This document shows, one piece after another, positions 13,889 through 24,418 of a stretch of DNA of 32,000 bases; positions within the stretch are counted from its first letter, which is position 1; each line of letters starts with the position of its first letter. A model generated the notes under the pieces. It was not told where the DNA came from and searched no databases. It saw nothing but the letters and a program-made list of their open reading frames with translations. The translations under genes and the position numbers were made by a program. The stretch comes from Mucisphaera calidilacus (lineage in GTDB: Bacteria; Planctomycetota; Phycisphaerae; Phycisphaerales; Phycisphaeraceae): NCBI RefSeq assembly GCF_007748075.1, contig NZ_CP036280.1, forward strand, positions 2,550,001-2,582,000. The letters are read 5' to 3'.

Positions 13889-15139
13889 CTATTCGGGGTT
13901 GAAGTTGAGCTGGTAGGCCGTTTCGGGTTCGAGTTCGACGCGTGTGGAGGCGAGGTGCGTGATGCCGTCTTCGGCGTAGAGGTGTAGTGTGCCGGTCTGT
14001 GATGACCCGCCGAGGCTGAGGAGTTGTCGGTCGGGTCCGATGGCGCTGGATCCTGTGATGGTGAGTCCGTCGTCGGATTGGAAGACGAGTTTTTTCTGGA
14101 GCCATCGTGCGAAGATGCGGTTGTGGTCGAGGGCCCAGATGGCGCCGGCACCGTAGAGCGTTCCGATGATTTTTCGTCCGGGTTTGTCCTGGTCGCCGAC
14201 GGTGACCCACCCGATAGCGACGATGTAGCGGTCTTCGGGGCCGTTGTGGGTAAAGAGAATGTGGGTGGCGGGGAAGGAGGAGCCGTCGGTGGAGAGAGCG
14301 TAGTAGAGTCGCGGGCCGTTCATGTGGAGGCCCATGAGGTAGTAGGGCTGGTCGCCTACGATGAACTTCTTGACGTCGTTGACGGCGCGTTCGGCGTCGA
14401 GGACGGGTTTTTCGTAGGTAAAGTGCGTGCCGTCGGGGCTGACGGCGCGGTGGACCTGTCCGAAGTTTCGGAAGTCGCCGAAGTAGATGTAGTATTTACC
14501 GTCTTCGTAGAGTTGGACGTTCATGCCGTTGATATCGGCGTTGGTATAGTCGGTGTAGCCCTCCATGGTGATGGTATCTTGAGGTTTGGCGGGGTAGGGA
14601 GGCTGTGTGTTGTTCCATGTTTTTCCGTCGGTGCTGGCAAAGACGACGGGCTTGTTTCGGTTGCTGTCGGCGGGCAGTCCGGTGCACATGAGTCGGTAGG
14701 AGCCGTTGTGAAAGCGGATGCCGTTGACGTTGCAGATGTGGTAGAAGTCGCCGTGGTTGATCACGGCCTGTCGGTCGCCGAACTCGAGGAAGTCTTTGGT
14801 TGTGGTGCTGTAGATGTTGTCTTTGCCGAGGTCTTCGCCGTCCCATCCGCCGTAGAAGATCCTGAACCCCTTGCCCGGGATCTCGACGGAGGAGGGGGCG
14901 TAGATATTGCGTTTGTTGCCGGGGCGTGGCTGCAGGAGAGGCCAGCGTTCGTCGCGGACCCAGTTGAGCGTGTTGTTTTCCCACCAGTCGGGGACGAAGG
15001 CACCGGCTTCGACGCCTGTGATCTGGACGATGCCTCGGCCGACGACGTCGTCGGTTTCACGGAGGGTGAGGGTCTGTGTGTGTGCGGTGCTGACGAGGAC
15101 GCACAGGGTGAGGGCGAGGGCGACAAGTCGGGGGTGCAT
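13889..15139 (-). CDS. secreted beta-propeller protein, putative glycoside hydrolase (GH43/GH32-clan-like; family not resolved)
   Basis: ATG at 15139 follows GGAG. Signal peptide MHPRLVALALTLCVLVSTAHT. Repeated blade-like segments: FRIFYGGWDG, YRLMCTG, YYIYFGDF...HRAVSPDGTHF, YYLMGLH...YYALSTDGSSF. It is convergent with the GH51-like gene. The product call is tentative. Confidence 0.7.
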   Translation of the reverse strand: MHPRLVALALTLCVLVSTAHTQTLTLRETDDVVGRGIVQITGVEAGAFVPDWWENNTLNWVRDERWPLLQPRPGNKRNIYAPSSVEIPGKGFRIFYGGWDGEDLGKDNIYSTTTKDFLEFGDRQAVINHGDFYHICNVNGIRFHNGSYRLMCTGLPADSNRNKPVVFASTDGKTWNNTQPPYPAKPQDTITMEGYTDYTNADINGMNVQLYEDGKYYIYFGDFRNFGQVHRAVSPDGTHFTYEKPVLDAERAVNDVKKFIVGDQPYYLMGLHMNGPRLYYALSTDGSSFPATHILFTHNGPEDRYIVAIGWVTVGDQDKPGRKIIGTLYGAGAIWALDHNRIFARWLQKKLVFQSDDGLTITGSSAIGPDRQLLSLGGSSQTGTLHLYAEDGITHLASTRVELEPETAYQLNFNPE

Positions 15140-15313
15140 GGGGTACTCCGTCGTGCTGAGTCGGTTCGGGAGTATGCGATGGTACGTCACCGGGGGCGAC
15201 AGGGGGAATGGAATGATGAATTGATGTCGGAATGTTCATATTCGGACAGGTATTGGCTGGGGGAGATTGTGGTCGGGAGGGGGATTGGCAGGGTGTCTGG
15301 AGGGGGTGTGGCT

Positions 15314-16210
15314 TCAGGGTTGGGTATGCGCGTATTTGTTGTAGAAGCTGATGACGCGTTTATCGACGGAGGGCCAGAATCGTCGGCAGATGAGGAAGTG
15401 GTTGGCCCAGGGGACGCGTAGGGACTCGACGGGTCCGTGTTTTTTGAGGGCGACGAGTCGTTGAGAGTGTCGGTCGGCGGGGAGGGTGTTATCGAGGCCG
15501 CCTTCGATCATGAGCAGGGGTGCGCAGAGGTTGCCGATGACGGCGGCGGGGTTGGCGTCGTCGATGTCGAAGCCGATTTCGCTGGCGATCTGGTCGGAGG
15601 CGGCGCGGACGGTTTCTCGTGTCATGCCGAGTGGGAGTCGTGCGCGGAAGGTGTCGATGGCGGCGTCGAGGTCGGCGTAGGGGGCGATGGTGACGAGTGC
15701 GGCGACGTCGGGGTCGGTGACGGCGTGTCGGATTGCGACGGCCCCGCCCATGGAGAAGCCCCAAAGGCAGTAGCGGCCGGTGATCCATTGTCGTTTGCGG
15801 GCGTCGTCGATGATGGCGGTGAGGTCGTGGGTTTCGCGGGTGCCGATGGTGGAGGGTGTGGCGGCGGATCGTCCGTGTCCGCGTTGGTCGACGAGTAGGA
15901 CGTCGTGTCCGTGGCGTGCGAGGAGTCGTGCGTGGGGGAGGTGCATCTCCTTGAGTTCCATCCATCCGTGGAGGAGGACGACGGGTGGTCGTTGTGGGGT
16001 GTCGGGTCGTGCGGGGACGCGCATGACCTGGGTTCGTATGCCGTCGGGGAGGGTGACGGTGGCGACCTGTGCACCGCGGAGTCGAGCGATGAGGTGTGCG
16101 GGGGTGGAGAAGAGTTTTCGGCCGGGGTAGGAGGGCCCGTAGACGGCGAGGCGGATGGCCTGTCGTGCGAGGAACTGTCGTCGTGGCTGGGCGTTGATGG
16201 CGTGTGCCAT
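15314..16210 (-). CDS. alpha/beta-fold hydrolase
   Basis: 298 aa. Oxyanion region VVLLHGW; nucleophile elbow GFSMGG (GXSXG); C-terminal His region ANHF. Confidence 0.85.
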   Translation of the reverse strand: MAHAINAQPRRQFLARQAIRLAVYGPSYPGRKLFSTPAHLIARLRGAQVATVTLPDGIRTQVMRVPARPDTPQRPPVVLLHGWMELKEMHLPHARLLARHGHDVLLVDQRGHGRSAATPSTIGTRETHDLTAIIDDARKRQWITGRYCLWGFSMGGAVAIRHAVTDPDVAALVTIAPYADLDAAIDTFRARLPLGMTRETVRAASDQIASEIGFDIDDANPAAVIGNLCAPLLMIEGGLDNTLPADRHSQRLVALKKHGPVESLRVPWANHFLICRRFWPSVDKRVISFYNKYAHTQP

Positions 16211-16256
16211 AGGTCAGAGTTTAGGTCGGAGCCCGGCGTGTTTTCTTGAGGGCGGA

Positions 16257-17273
16257 TCAGACGTGTGATTCGAGTAATTCGAGGGCGGCGAGGACGTAGG
16301 AGGGTGCGCCTTCTTCTTCGAGTCGGAGGGGGACCATCATGGCGGTGAGGAGTCGGTAGGCCTGTGCCCACTCGGCCCATTCGGCGCCGACCTCGACGTC
16401 GTGTTCGCGGAGTTCGCGGGCGAGGAGTTTGCAGAGTTTTCGTCCGCCGAGTGCGTCGGGTGCGGCCCAGTAGAGGTGTTCGAAGTAGATGGCGTCGCGT
16501 AGCCAGTGCCCGACCTGGACACGTGCGTAGTCGAAGAGGATGGCGGGTCCGTCGGGTGGGGGGTTTCGTGTCATGGCGTTGCCGAGGTGGAGGTCGCCAT
16601 GGCACCAGTGCTCGCGTGAGCGAGCGGCCCAGGTTTCGGCCCAGGCGTCGATTTTCTTGCGTGCTGCCTTGAGTGTGGTTTTCCAGCGTGGTTTTTCGGG
16701 GATGGCGCCGTCACGGACTTTTTTGCGGGCGCGGTCGAGGAGTTTGTTCCAGTCGGGGTCGGGCTCGGGTGTGGGGGTGTCGAATTCGGCGGTGGCGCGG
16801 AAGAATCGTGCTGCGGCCTCGATGACGAGGTCGAACTCGGTACCGTTCCATGCCTTGCCGAGGGGTCCGTGGGGTAGTCGTTCCATGACGACCCATGCGA
16901 GGTCGTATCCGCCGACGGTTTCGCCGTCGGCGAGGAGTCTGGGTGCGACGTTGTGAGCGGGTTGGAGACGTTTGAGCCAGAGTCGTTCGCGGGGCGGGAC
17001 GGGGAGTTTGACGACGACGGGTTGGGGGTCGTCGTCGGGCGGGTGCCAGTTGGCGTAGCCGGTGAGTGCGCCGCCTCGTTGCCAGTCGGTACGGAACCAC
17101 GCGAGGTCCCGGAGCTGGTTGTTGGTCTGCTGGATGAGTCGTGGGCCGAGTTCGGATCCGAGGGGTCGCCAGTCTGCGCCGGCGGGGGGTGGCGACACGC
17201 CGGCATTGTCCTGCGCCGCGTGGGCGGCCAGCTTTGCGTCGGTGTCGTCCGAGGATTCGGTCGATCCGGCCAT
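16257..17273 (-). CDS. phosphotransferase (APH/choline-kinase-like) family protein
   Basis: Catalytic loop HWCHGDLHLGNAM (HGDxHxxN), followed by a DY/DF region ILFDYA. The track start at 17309 is a TTG; I prefer ATG 17273 (MAGSTESS...). The start is uncertain. Confidence 0.8.
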   Translation of the reverse strand: MAGSTESSDDTDAKLAAHAAQDNAGVSPPPAGADWRPLGSELGPRLIQQTNNQLRDLAWFRTDWQRGGALTGYANWHPPDDDPQPVVVKLPVPPRERLWLKRLQPAHNVAPRLLADGETVGGYDLAWVVMERLPHGPLGKAWNGTEFDLVIEAAARFFRATAEFDTPTPEPDPDWNKLLDRARKKVRDGAIPEKPRWKTTLKAARKKIDAWAETWAARSREHWCHGDLHLGNAMTRNPPPDGPAILFDYARVQVGHWLRDAIYFEHLYWAAPDALGGRKLCKLLARELREHDVEVGAEWAEWAQAYRLLTAMMVPLRLEEEGAPSYVLAALELLESHV

Positions 17274-17362
17274 TGCGGCTACGTTAGGCTTGATCGTGTC
17301 GGTTGACAAGGCGGGGTTGCGTGTAGGATTGTCACGACCCGATCTGAAGGAAGGATAAGCCT

Positions 17363-18556
17363 GTGCGTGATCCGCGAATCGAGAAGCTGGCCGAGGTCCT
17401 GGTGGATTATTCGACGGAGGTTCGTGCGAAGCAGATCGTGCGGATCACGTCGGACCCGGTGGCGATGCCGCTGGTGGAGGCGGTGTACGAGCGTTGTCTG
17501 CGTGCGGGTGCCTACCCGTATGTGAAGCTTCAGCCGGACTCGGTGACTGATTTGTTTTTTGCGCACGGGAGTGACGAGCAGCTGGGTTATGTAAGCCCGC
17601 TGGCGTTGCACGAGATCGAGACGATTGACGTGTCGATTGGTTTCTGGGCGGACACGAACACGCGTTCGCGGAGTCGTGTTGAGCCGAGGCGACTGGGGTT
17701 GGCGTCGGCGGCGCGGAAGCCGATTTTCGATGTGTTTTTGAGGCGTGCGGCGGCGGTGGACAAGCCGGAGGATTATCCGGGCGTGAAGCCGCTGCGTTGG
17801 GTTGGGACGCAGTACCCGACGCTGGCGTCGGCGCAGGACGCTGAGATGTCGCTGACGGAGTACGAGGATTTCGTGTTTGGTGCGGGTCATTTGGATGCGG
17901 TGAACCCGGCGTCGGTGTGGGCGGGGATCAAGGAGAAGCAGGAGAAGCTGCGTGCGTATCTGACGGGGAAGAAGGAGCTTCGTTTCCGGGCTTCGAACGG
18001 GACGGATCTGCGGGTGAATGTGGAGGGGATGACGTGGGTGAACTGTTGTGGGGAGAGCAATTTCCCGGATGGCGAGGTGTTCACGGGTCCGAATCTGGAG
18101 GCGTCGGACGGTGGTGTGAATGGTGTGGTGCGTTACTCGTTCCCGGCGGTGTATCAGGGGCGAGCGGCGGAGGGTGTGGAGCTGGTGTTTGAGAGGGGTC
18201 GTGTGGTGAAGGCGTCGGCGGAGAAGGGTGAGGCGTTCCTGCTGGCGATGCTGGATCAGGACGAGGGTGCGCGGAATCTTGGGGAGATCGCGATCGGGAC
18301 GAACTATTCGATCACGGAGTTCTCGCGGAACACGCTGTTTGACGAGAAGATCGGCGGGACGTTCCACGCGGCGGTGGGTGAGGGTTATCCGGAGACGGGG
18401 AACACGAACAAGAGTGGACTGCACTGGGATATGGTGTGTGATCTGCGGTCGCCTGCGAACGGCGGCGTGCACGAGACGGGCGGGACGATTGAGGTGGATG
18501 GCGAGGTGATCTCGCGTGACGGGAAGTTCGTGTTTGAGGGTTGGCCGGGAGGGTGA
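17363..18556 (+). CDS. aminopeptidase, peptidase family M29 (AmpS/PepS-like)
   Basis: 397 aa. Family blocks: MRDPRIEKLAEVLVDYS..V, NFPDGEVFTGP, GEIAIGTN and FHAAVGEGYPETGN.N.SGLHWDMV. GTG start, preceded by GAAGGAAGGA. Confidence 0.9.
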   Translation: MRDPRIEKLAEVLVDYSTEVRAKQIVRITSDPVAMPLVEAVYERCLRAGAYPYVKLQPDSVTDLFFAHGSDEQLGYVSPLALHEIETIDVSIGFWADTNTRSRSRVEPRRLGLASAARKPIFDVFLRRAAAVDKPEDYPGVKPLRWVGTQYPTLASAQDAEMSLTEYEDFVFGAGHLDAVNPASVWAGIKEKQEKLRAYLTGKKELRFRASNGTDLRVNVEGMTWVNCCGESNFPDGEVFTGPNLEASDGGVNGVVRYSFPAVYQGRAAEGVELVFERGRVVKASAEKGEAFLLAMLDQDEGARNLGEIAIGTNYSITEFSRNTLFDEKIGGTFHAAVGEGYPETGNTNKSGLHWDMVCDLRSPANGGVHETGGTIEVDGEVISRDGKFVFEGWPGG

Positions 18557-18563
18557 AGGTCGC

Positions 18564-19067
18564 TCATGAACCGAGTTTCATCATCTGCCTAGCAGCCTTG
18601 AGTTGGGCTGTGTGGTAGATCGTGTGCATGGCATTGTCGTGAATCATCTCAACAGCCGTCATCTGGCTCTTTGCAACTGAACGCTGATTAAGTTTCTTGG
18701 GGTCATAAGCAGCAACAATCGCGACGAGACGCTGCTGGGTGTCGCGAATGAAGCTCTGTTCTTGCTGCCACTGTTCTGGCGTAATCGAATCAACCGCAGC
18801 GGCGAAACCAGTCTTGCGCTGCTTGAAACCGGGACGGATAGTCTCTCCAGAGAGATAGTTCGCAACTGAGTTCTGCCAGTAAGCGATATGCAGCGCAATC
18901 TCACGGATGCTATTCATCTTGTCATGAGGTCGATACAAAGACTCTTCAGACTTGATGCCCTTTAACAAACCAAGATGTGTCGGAGCGCCGTGATAGGCGT
19001 GGCCATGCAGGGAAGGTTCGATGGCGAGTAGCGCGCAACGTAGTTGACGATCCGCAGGGAGCTTCAT
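18564..19067 (-). CDS. DinB-superfamily protein
   Basis: Four-helix DinB-like pattern with conserved His residues: REIALHIAYWQNSV ... MIHDNAMHTIYHTAQL. ATG at 19067 is preceded by GAGGAAA. G+C is visibly lower than in the flanking genes. Confidence 0.8.
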   Translation of the reverse strand: MKLPADRQLRCALLAIEPSLHGHAYHGAPTHLGLLKGIKSEESLYRPHDKMNSIREIALHIAYWQNSVANYLSGETIRPGFKQRKTGFAAAVDSITPEQWQQEQSFIRDTQQRLVAIVAAYDPKKLNQRSVAKSQMTAVEMIHDNAMHTIYHTAQLKAARQMMKLGS

Positions 19068-19116
19068 TTTCCTCAGTCTACGACAGACCAACAAAGAGAT
19101 CGAGACCAGACCACTC

Positions 19117-21120
<2,004 letters not shown>

Positions 21121-21244
21121 GAGATACTCCTCAAAACGAGAACGAATCAACGACTCGGGTACAACTGAACTAACAACTAACTTTCGGACAGCCTTCCCGC
21201 TGGGCGGGACTCATCAGGTTAAGTGGCGTGTGCGGCGGGATCAA

Positions 21245-21280
21245 GGGCGACGTGTGGGGCGACGTGTGGGGCGGTGTGTG
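21245..21280. repeat. three tandem 12-mers in the acs/pyrH divergent intergenic region
   Basis: GGGCGACGTGTG (21245-21256), GGGCGACGTGTG (21257-21268), GGGCGGTGTGTG (21269-21280). Confidence 0.6.
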
Positions 21281-21383
21281 CGGTCATGGGTATGAACGGT
21301 TGTTTGACCTGAGGGGTAGCGGGCGGTTCAATGGCCTCAGCCCTCCTTTGATCCACCCTTACCCTCAGTCAGGCGAGCCAGCG

Positions 21384-22127
21384 ATGAGCAGCACCCCGGA
21401 TCCTTCTGCGTCGGAACCGCGTTACCGCCGAGTCCTGTTGAAGCTTTCGGGGGAGGCGTTGTGTCGGTCGGGGGAGTTTGGGATTGATGCAGAGGAATTG
21501 AGGCTGATTGGTGGTGAGATTGTGAAGGCGGCGAAGCAGGGGACGCAGCTGGCGGTGGTGGTGGGTGGCGGGAACATGATTCGCGGGGCGGCGATGGCGA
21601 AGGACGGGGTGATTGAGCAGGCGACGGCGGACTACATGGGGATGCTGGGGACGGTGATCAACGCGTTGGCGTTGAAGGAGGTTCTGGAGAAGCTGGGGCA
21701 GCCGGCGCGGGTGCTGAGTGCGATCAACCTGTCGTCGGTGGCGGAAACGTTTATCCGTGGTCGTGCGATCCGTCACCTTGAGAAGGGTCGTGTGGTGATC
21801 TTCGCGGCGGGGACGGGGAACCCGTTTTTCACGACGGATTCGGGGGCGGCGTTGCGTGCGACGGAGATCGGTGCGGACGTGGTGCTGAAGGCGACGAAGG
21901 TGGACGGGGTGTATGACAAGGACCCGGTGAAGTATCCGGACGCGGTGCGTTTCGAGCGGTTGTCGTTTGACGAGGCGATTGATCGTCGTCTGGCGGTGAT
22001 GGACCTGGCGGCGTTCACGATGTGCAAGGACAACGGGATCCCGATTGTGGTGTTCAACATGAAGACGCCCGGGCATATCGCGGAGGTGGTGGCGGGTGTG
22101 GGCCACGGGACGTTGGTGGAGCCGTAG
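21384..22127 (+). CDS. pyrH: UMP kinase
   Basis: RVLLKLSGEAL, VVVGGGN, GNPFFTTDSGAALRA and KATKVDGVYDKDP. The ATG at 21384 gives a normal-length protein. The track ORF start at 21228 adds 52 non-homologous residues. Confidence 0.95.
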   Translation: MSSTPDPSASEPRYRRVLLKLSGEALCRSGEFGIDAEELRLIGGEIVKAAKQGTQLAVVVGGGNMIRGAAMAKDGVIEQATADYMGMLGTVINALALKEVLEKLGQPARVLSAINLSSVAETFIRGRAIRHLEKGRVVIFAAGTGNPFFTTDSGAALRATEIGADVVLKATKVDGVYDKDPVKYPDAVRFERLSFDEAIDRRLAVMDLAAFTMCKDNGIPIVVFNMKTPGHIAEVVAGVGHGTLVEP

Positions 22128-22215
22128 GCGGTGGGTTTTTTCTCGGGCGTGTGGTTTTGGCTAAACTGTCGGGCTTAGAGGTTTATCCCCCCCTGCCGAG
22201 CGAAAGGACGCTGCC

Positions 22216-22782
22216 ATGGATCTGGATTCGATTCAACTGCATGCCGAGGAGACGATGGTCAAGTCGCTCGAGTACGTGCGTAGCGAGTTGAAGGGTGTGC
22301 GTACGGGTCGTGCGACGACGGGGCTGGTGGAGTTCGTGAAGGTGGAGGTTTACGGTTCGGAGACGGATCTTCGTTCGGTGGCGTTGATCAGTGCGCCGGA
22401 GCCGACGCAGATTCTGGTGAAGCCTTACGACGGCTCGACGGTGCAGGAGATTGCGAAGGGGATCACGGCGGCGGGGTTGGGGTTGAACCCGATGGTGGAC
22501 GGCAAGCAGATCCGGATCAACATCCCGCCTTTGTCGGGTGATCGTCGCAAGGAGTTGGCGGCGTCGGTGAAGCAGATGGGCGAGGCGGCGAAGGTGGCGA
22601 TGCGGAACGCCCGGCGGGACGCGAACAAGCACATCGACCAGCTGGCAAAGGACAAGTCGCAGCACATCAGCGAGGACGAGATCGAGGGGGCGAAGGAGGA
22701 GATTCAGGATCTGCTCAAGAAGCACGAGAAGATCGTCGAGGATGAGGTCGCTGCGAAGGCGAAGGAGATTCAGGAGGTCTGA
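22216..22782 (+). CDS. frr: ribosome recycling factor
   Basis: 188 aa. The canonical Frr sequence is present: ...LKGVRTGRATTGLVE.VKVEVYGSE..L...A.IS.PE...I.V.P.D...V..I...I....LGLNP..DG..IRI.IPPL. It lies immediately downstream of pyrH, the usual arrangement. Confidence 0.97.
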   Translation: MDLDSIQLHAEETMVKSLEYVRSELKGVRTGRATTGLVEFVKVEVYGSETDLRSVALISAPEPTQILVKPYDGSTVQEIAKGITAAGLGLNPMVDGKQIRINIPPLSGDRRKELAASVKQMGEAAKVAMRNARRDANKHIDQLAKDKSQHISEDEIEGAKEEIQDLLKKHEKIVEDEVAAKAKEIQEV

Positions 22783-22845
22783 CGCGTTTGAAGATCGCGT
22801 CAGCGTCGAGCGGTTGGGCGGGGTTGCAGGACCTATGATTAGGTC

Positions 22846-24318
22846 ATGACAGAGCGTAACCCTCATCTTGGCGACGAACTGGGCATCGAGGCGGTGATTG
22901 CGGGCGAGCGGCGGCTGTCGCGTGCCGATGCGATGCGGCTGTACCACGAGGCGGAGTTGACGGAGTTGGGGCGGTGGGCGTCTGCGGTGTGTGACCGGAT
23001 TCACGGTCCGATGCGGGCGGAGGATGGTTCGCGTGGTGTTCGGACGTACGTGATCGACCGGAACATCAATTACACGAACGTCTGTTCGGCCCACTGCACG
23101 TTCTGTGCGTTTCGTCGGGATGAGGGGGAGGATGACAGCTACACGCTGACGACGGAGCAGCTGCACGAGAAGGTGCGGGAGCTGGTGGAGATCGGCGGCA
23201 CGCAGGTGTTGCTTCAGGGTGGGATGCACCCGGGTCTGGAGCTGGGTTTTTATGAGGATCTGCTGCGCGGGTTGAAGCGGGCGTTCCCGCAGGTGCACAT
23301 TCACGGCTTTTCGCCGCCTGAGTTCGTGGAGTTCGTGGCGGTGCTGGAGCTGGAGGGTTTCCCGACGACGGAGCCGAAGCGGAGTCACGAGCTGCCTGCG
23401 GGCGTGTGGTCGGCGAAGCTCGAGGCGGTGATGCGTCGGCTGATGGACGCGGGTCTGGACTCGATCCCGGGCGGCGGGGGCGAGATCTTTGCGGAGCATG
23501 TTCGTCGGCGGATCGGGTTGGGGAAGGCGACGGCGGATCAGTGGCTGGACGTGATGTCGATGGCGCATCGTCTGGGGATGAAGACGTCGGCGACGATGAT
23601 GTTCGGTCACATCGAGGGGGTGGCGGACCGGATTGATCACATGGCGCGGGTGCGTGAGCGTCAGGACCTGGCGATCGAGAACGACTGGCCGGGCCGGTAT
23701 GTGAGTTTTATTGCGTGGCCTTTCCAGCGTGAGAACACGCCTTTGGGCCGCCTGCCTGACTTTGATCGTGAATCGGGCGAGGCGTTCGCGGGGGACGTGC
23801 TGGCGGACCTGGTGGCGTCGGGCTCGCTGGACGGCGGCGACAAGCGGGCGTGTGATGCGGCGGTGCCGGGCGCGGGGAAGGTGGTTCGGCAGTCGGGTGC
23901 GAGTGATTACCTGCGGACGCAGGCGATTGCGCGGCTGTTTCTGGACAACGTGCACTCGATCGGTTCGTCGTGGGTGACGATGGGGCCGAAGATCGGTCAG
24001 ATCGCGTTGTTCTACGGGGCGAACGATCTGGGTTCGGTGATGATGGAGGAGAACGTGGTGTCGGCGGCGGGGACGACGTACTGCCTGACGGAGCCTTACC
24101 TGTGCCACCTGATCCGTGAGGCGGGTTTCGTGCCGGCGCAGCGGGACAATTACTACAACCTGCTGAGGGTTCACGGGGGCGGGGATGGTGATGCACCGGA
24201 CCTGCGTGTGACGGACTGGTCGACGCAGCGTGAGAAGAAGCTGCACGTGGAGGGCGTGGGTTCGCCTCGGAAGGCGAGTGCGGAGACGGCGGTGCGTCTG
24301 ACGATCGGCGAGGGTTAA
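22846..24318 (+). CDS. radical SAM enzyme of the futalosine menaquinone pathway (MqnC/MqnE family)
   Basis: Radical SAM cluster motif NYTNVCSAHCTFCAF. Also GGMHP, H.FSPPE, DSIPGGGGEIF, ATMMFGHIE, FIAWPFQ and SSWVTMGPKIGQIALFYGANDLGSVMMEENVVSAAG. At 490 aa it appears longer than I recall for family members. Confidence 0.85.
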   Translation: MTERNPHLGDELGIEAVIAGERRLSRADAMRLYHEAELTELGRWASAVCDRIHGPMRAEDGSRGVRTYVIDRNINYTNVCSAHCTFCAFRRDEGEDDSYTLTTEQLHEKVRELVEIGGTQVLLQGGMHPGLELGFYEDLLRGLKRAFPQVHIHGFSPPEFVEFVAVLELEGFPTTEPKRSHELPAGVWSAKLEAVMRRLMDAGLDSIPGGGGEIFAEHVRRRIGLGKATADQWLDVMSMAHRLGMKTSATMMFGHIEGVADRIDHMARVRERQDLAIENDWPGRYVSFIAWPFQRENTPLGRLPDFDRESGEAFAGDVLADLVASGSLDGGDKRACDAAVPGAGKVVRQSGASDYLRTQAIARLFLDNVHSIGSSWVTMGPKIGQIALFYGANDLGSVMMEENVVSAAGTTYCLTEPYLCHLIREAGFVPAQRDNYYNLLRVHGGGDGDAPDLRVTDWSTQREKKLHVEGVGSPRKASAETAVRLTIGEG

Positions 24319-24418
24319 GCTGGGGTAGCTGTCGGCGGTCTTCGGGAAAAGTCTTGGTCCGGGGTGGGTGATCGTCTAATCTGGTTCGGGAAGATTTTTA
24401 ATCAACAGGAGCGAAGTG

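Noticed and set aside
12475-16605. Long antisense or alternate-frame ORFs (12475..14151 -, 14024..15421 +, 14496..14984 -, 15622..16605 -, 15437..15898 +)
   Set aside because: Their translations are Pro/Arg/Thr/His-rich or Gly/Val/Asp-rich with no motifs. Each overlaps a gene on the other strand or frame that has a signal peptide and/or catalytic motifs: the GH51-like protein, the beta-propeller protein, and the alpha/beta hydrolase (GFSMGG).
17279-18472. 397-aa minus-strand ORF opposite the M29 aminopeptidase
   Set aside because: The translation is an Arg/His/Leu/Pro-rich repeat. The plus strand encodes a full-length M29 peptidase.
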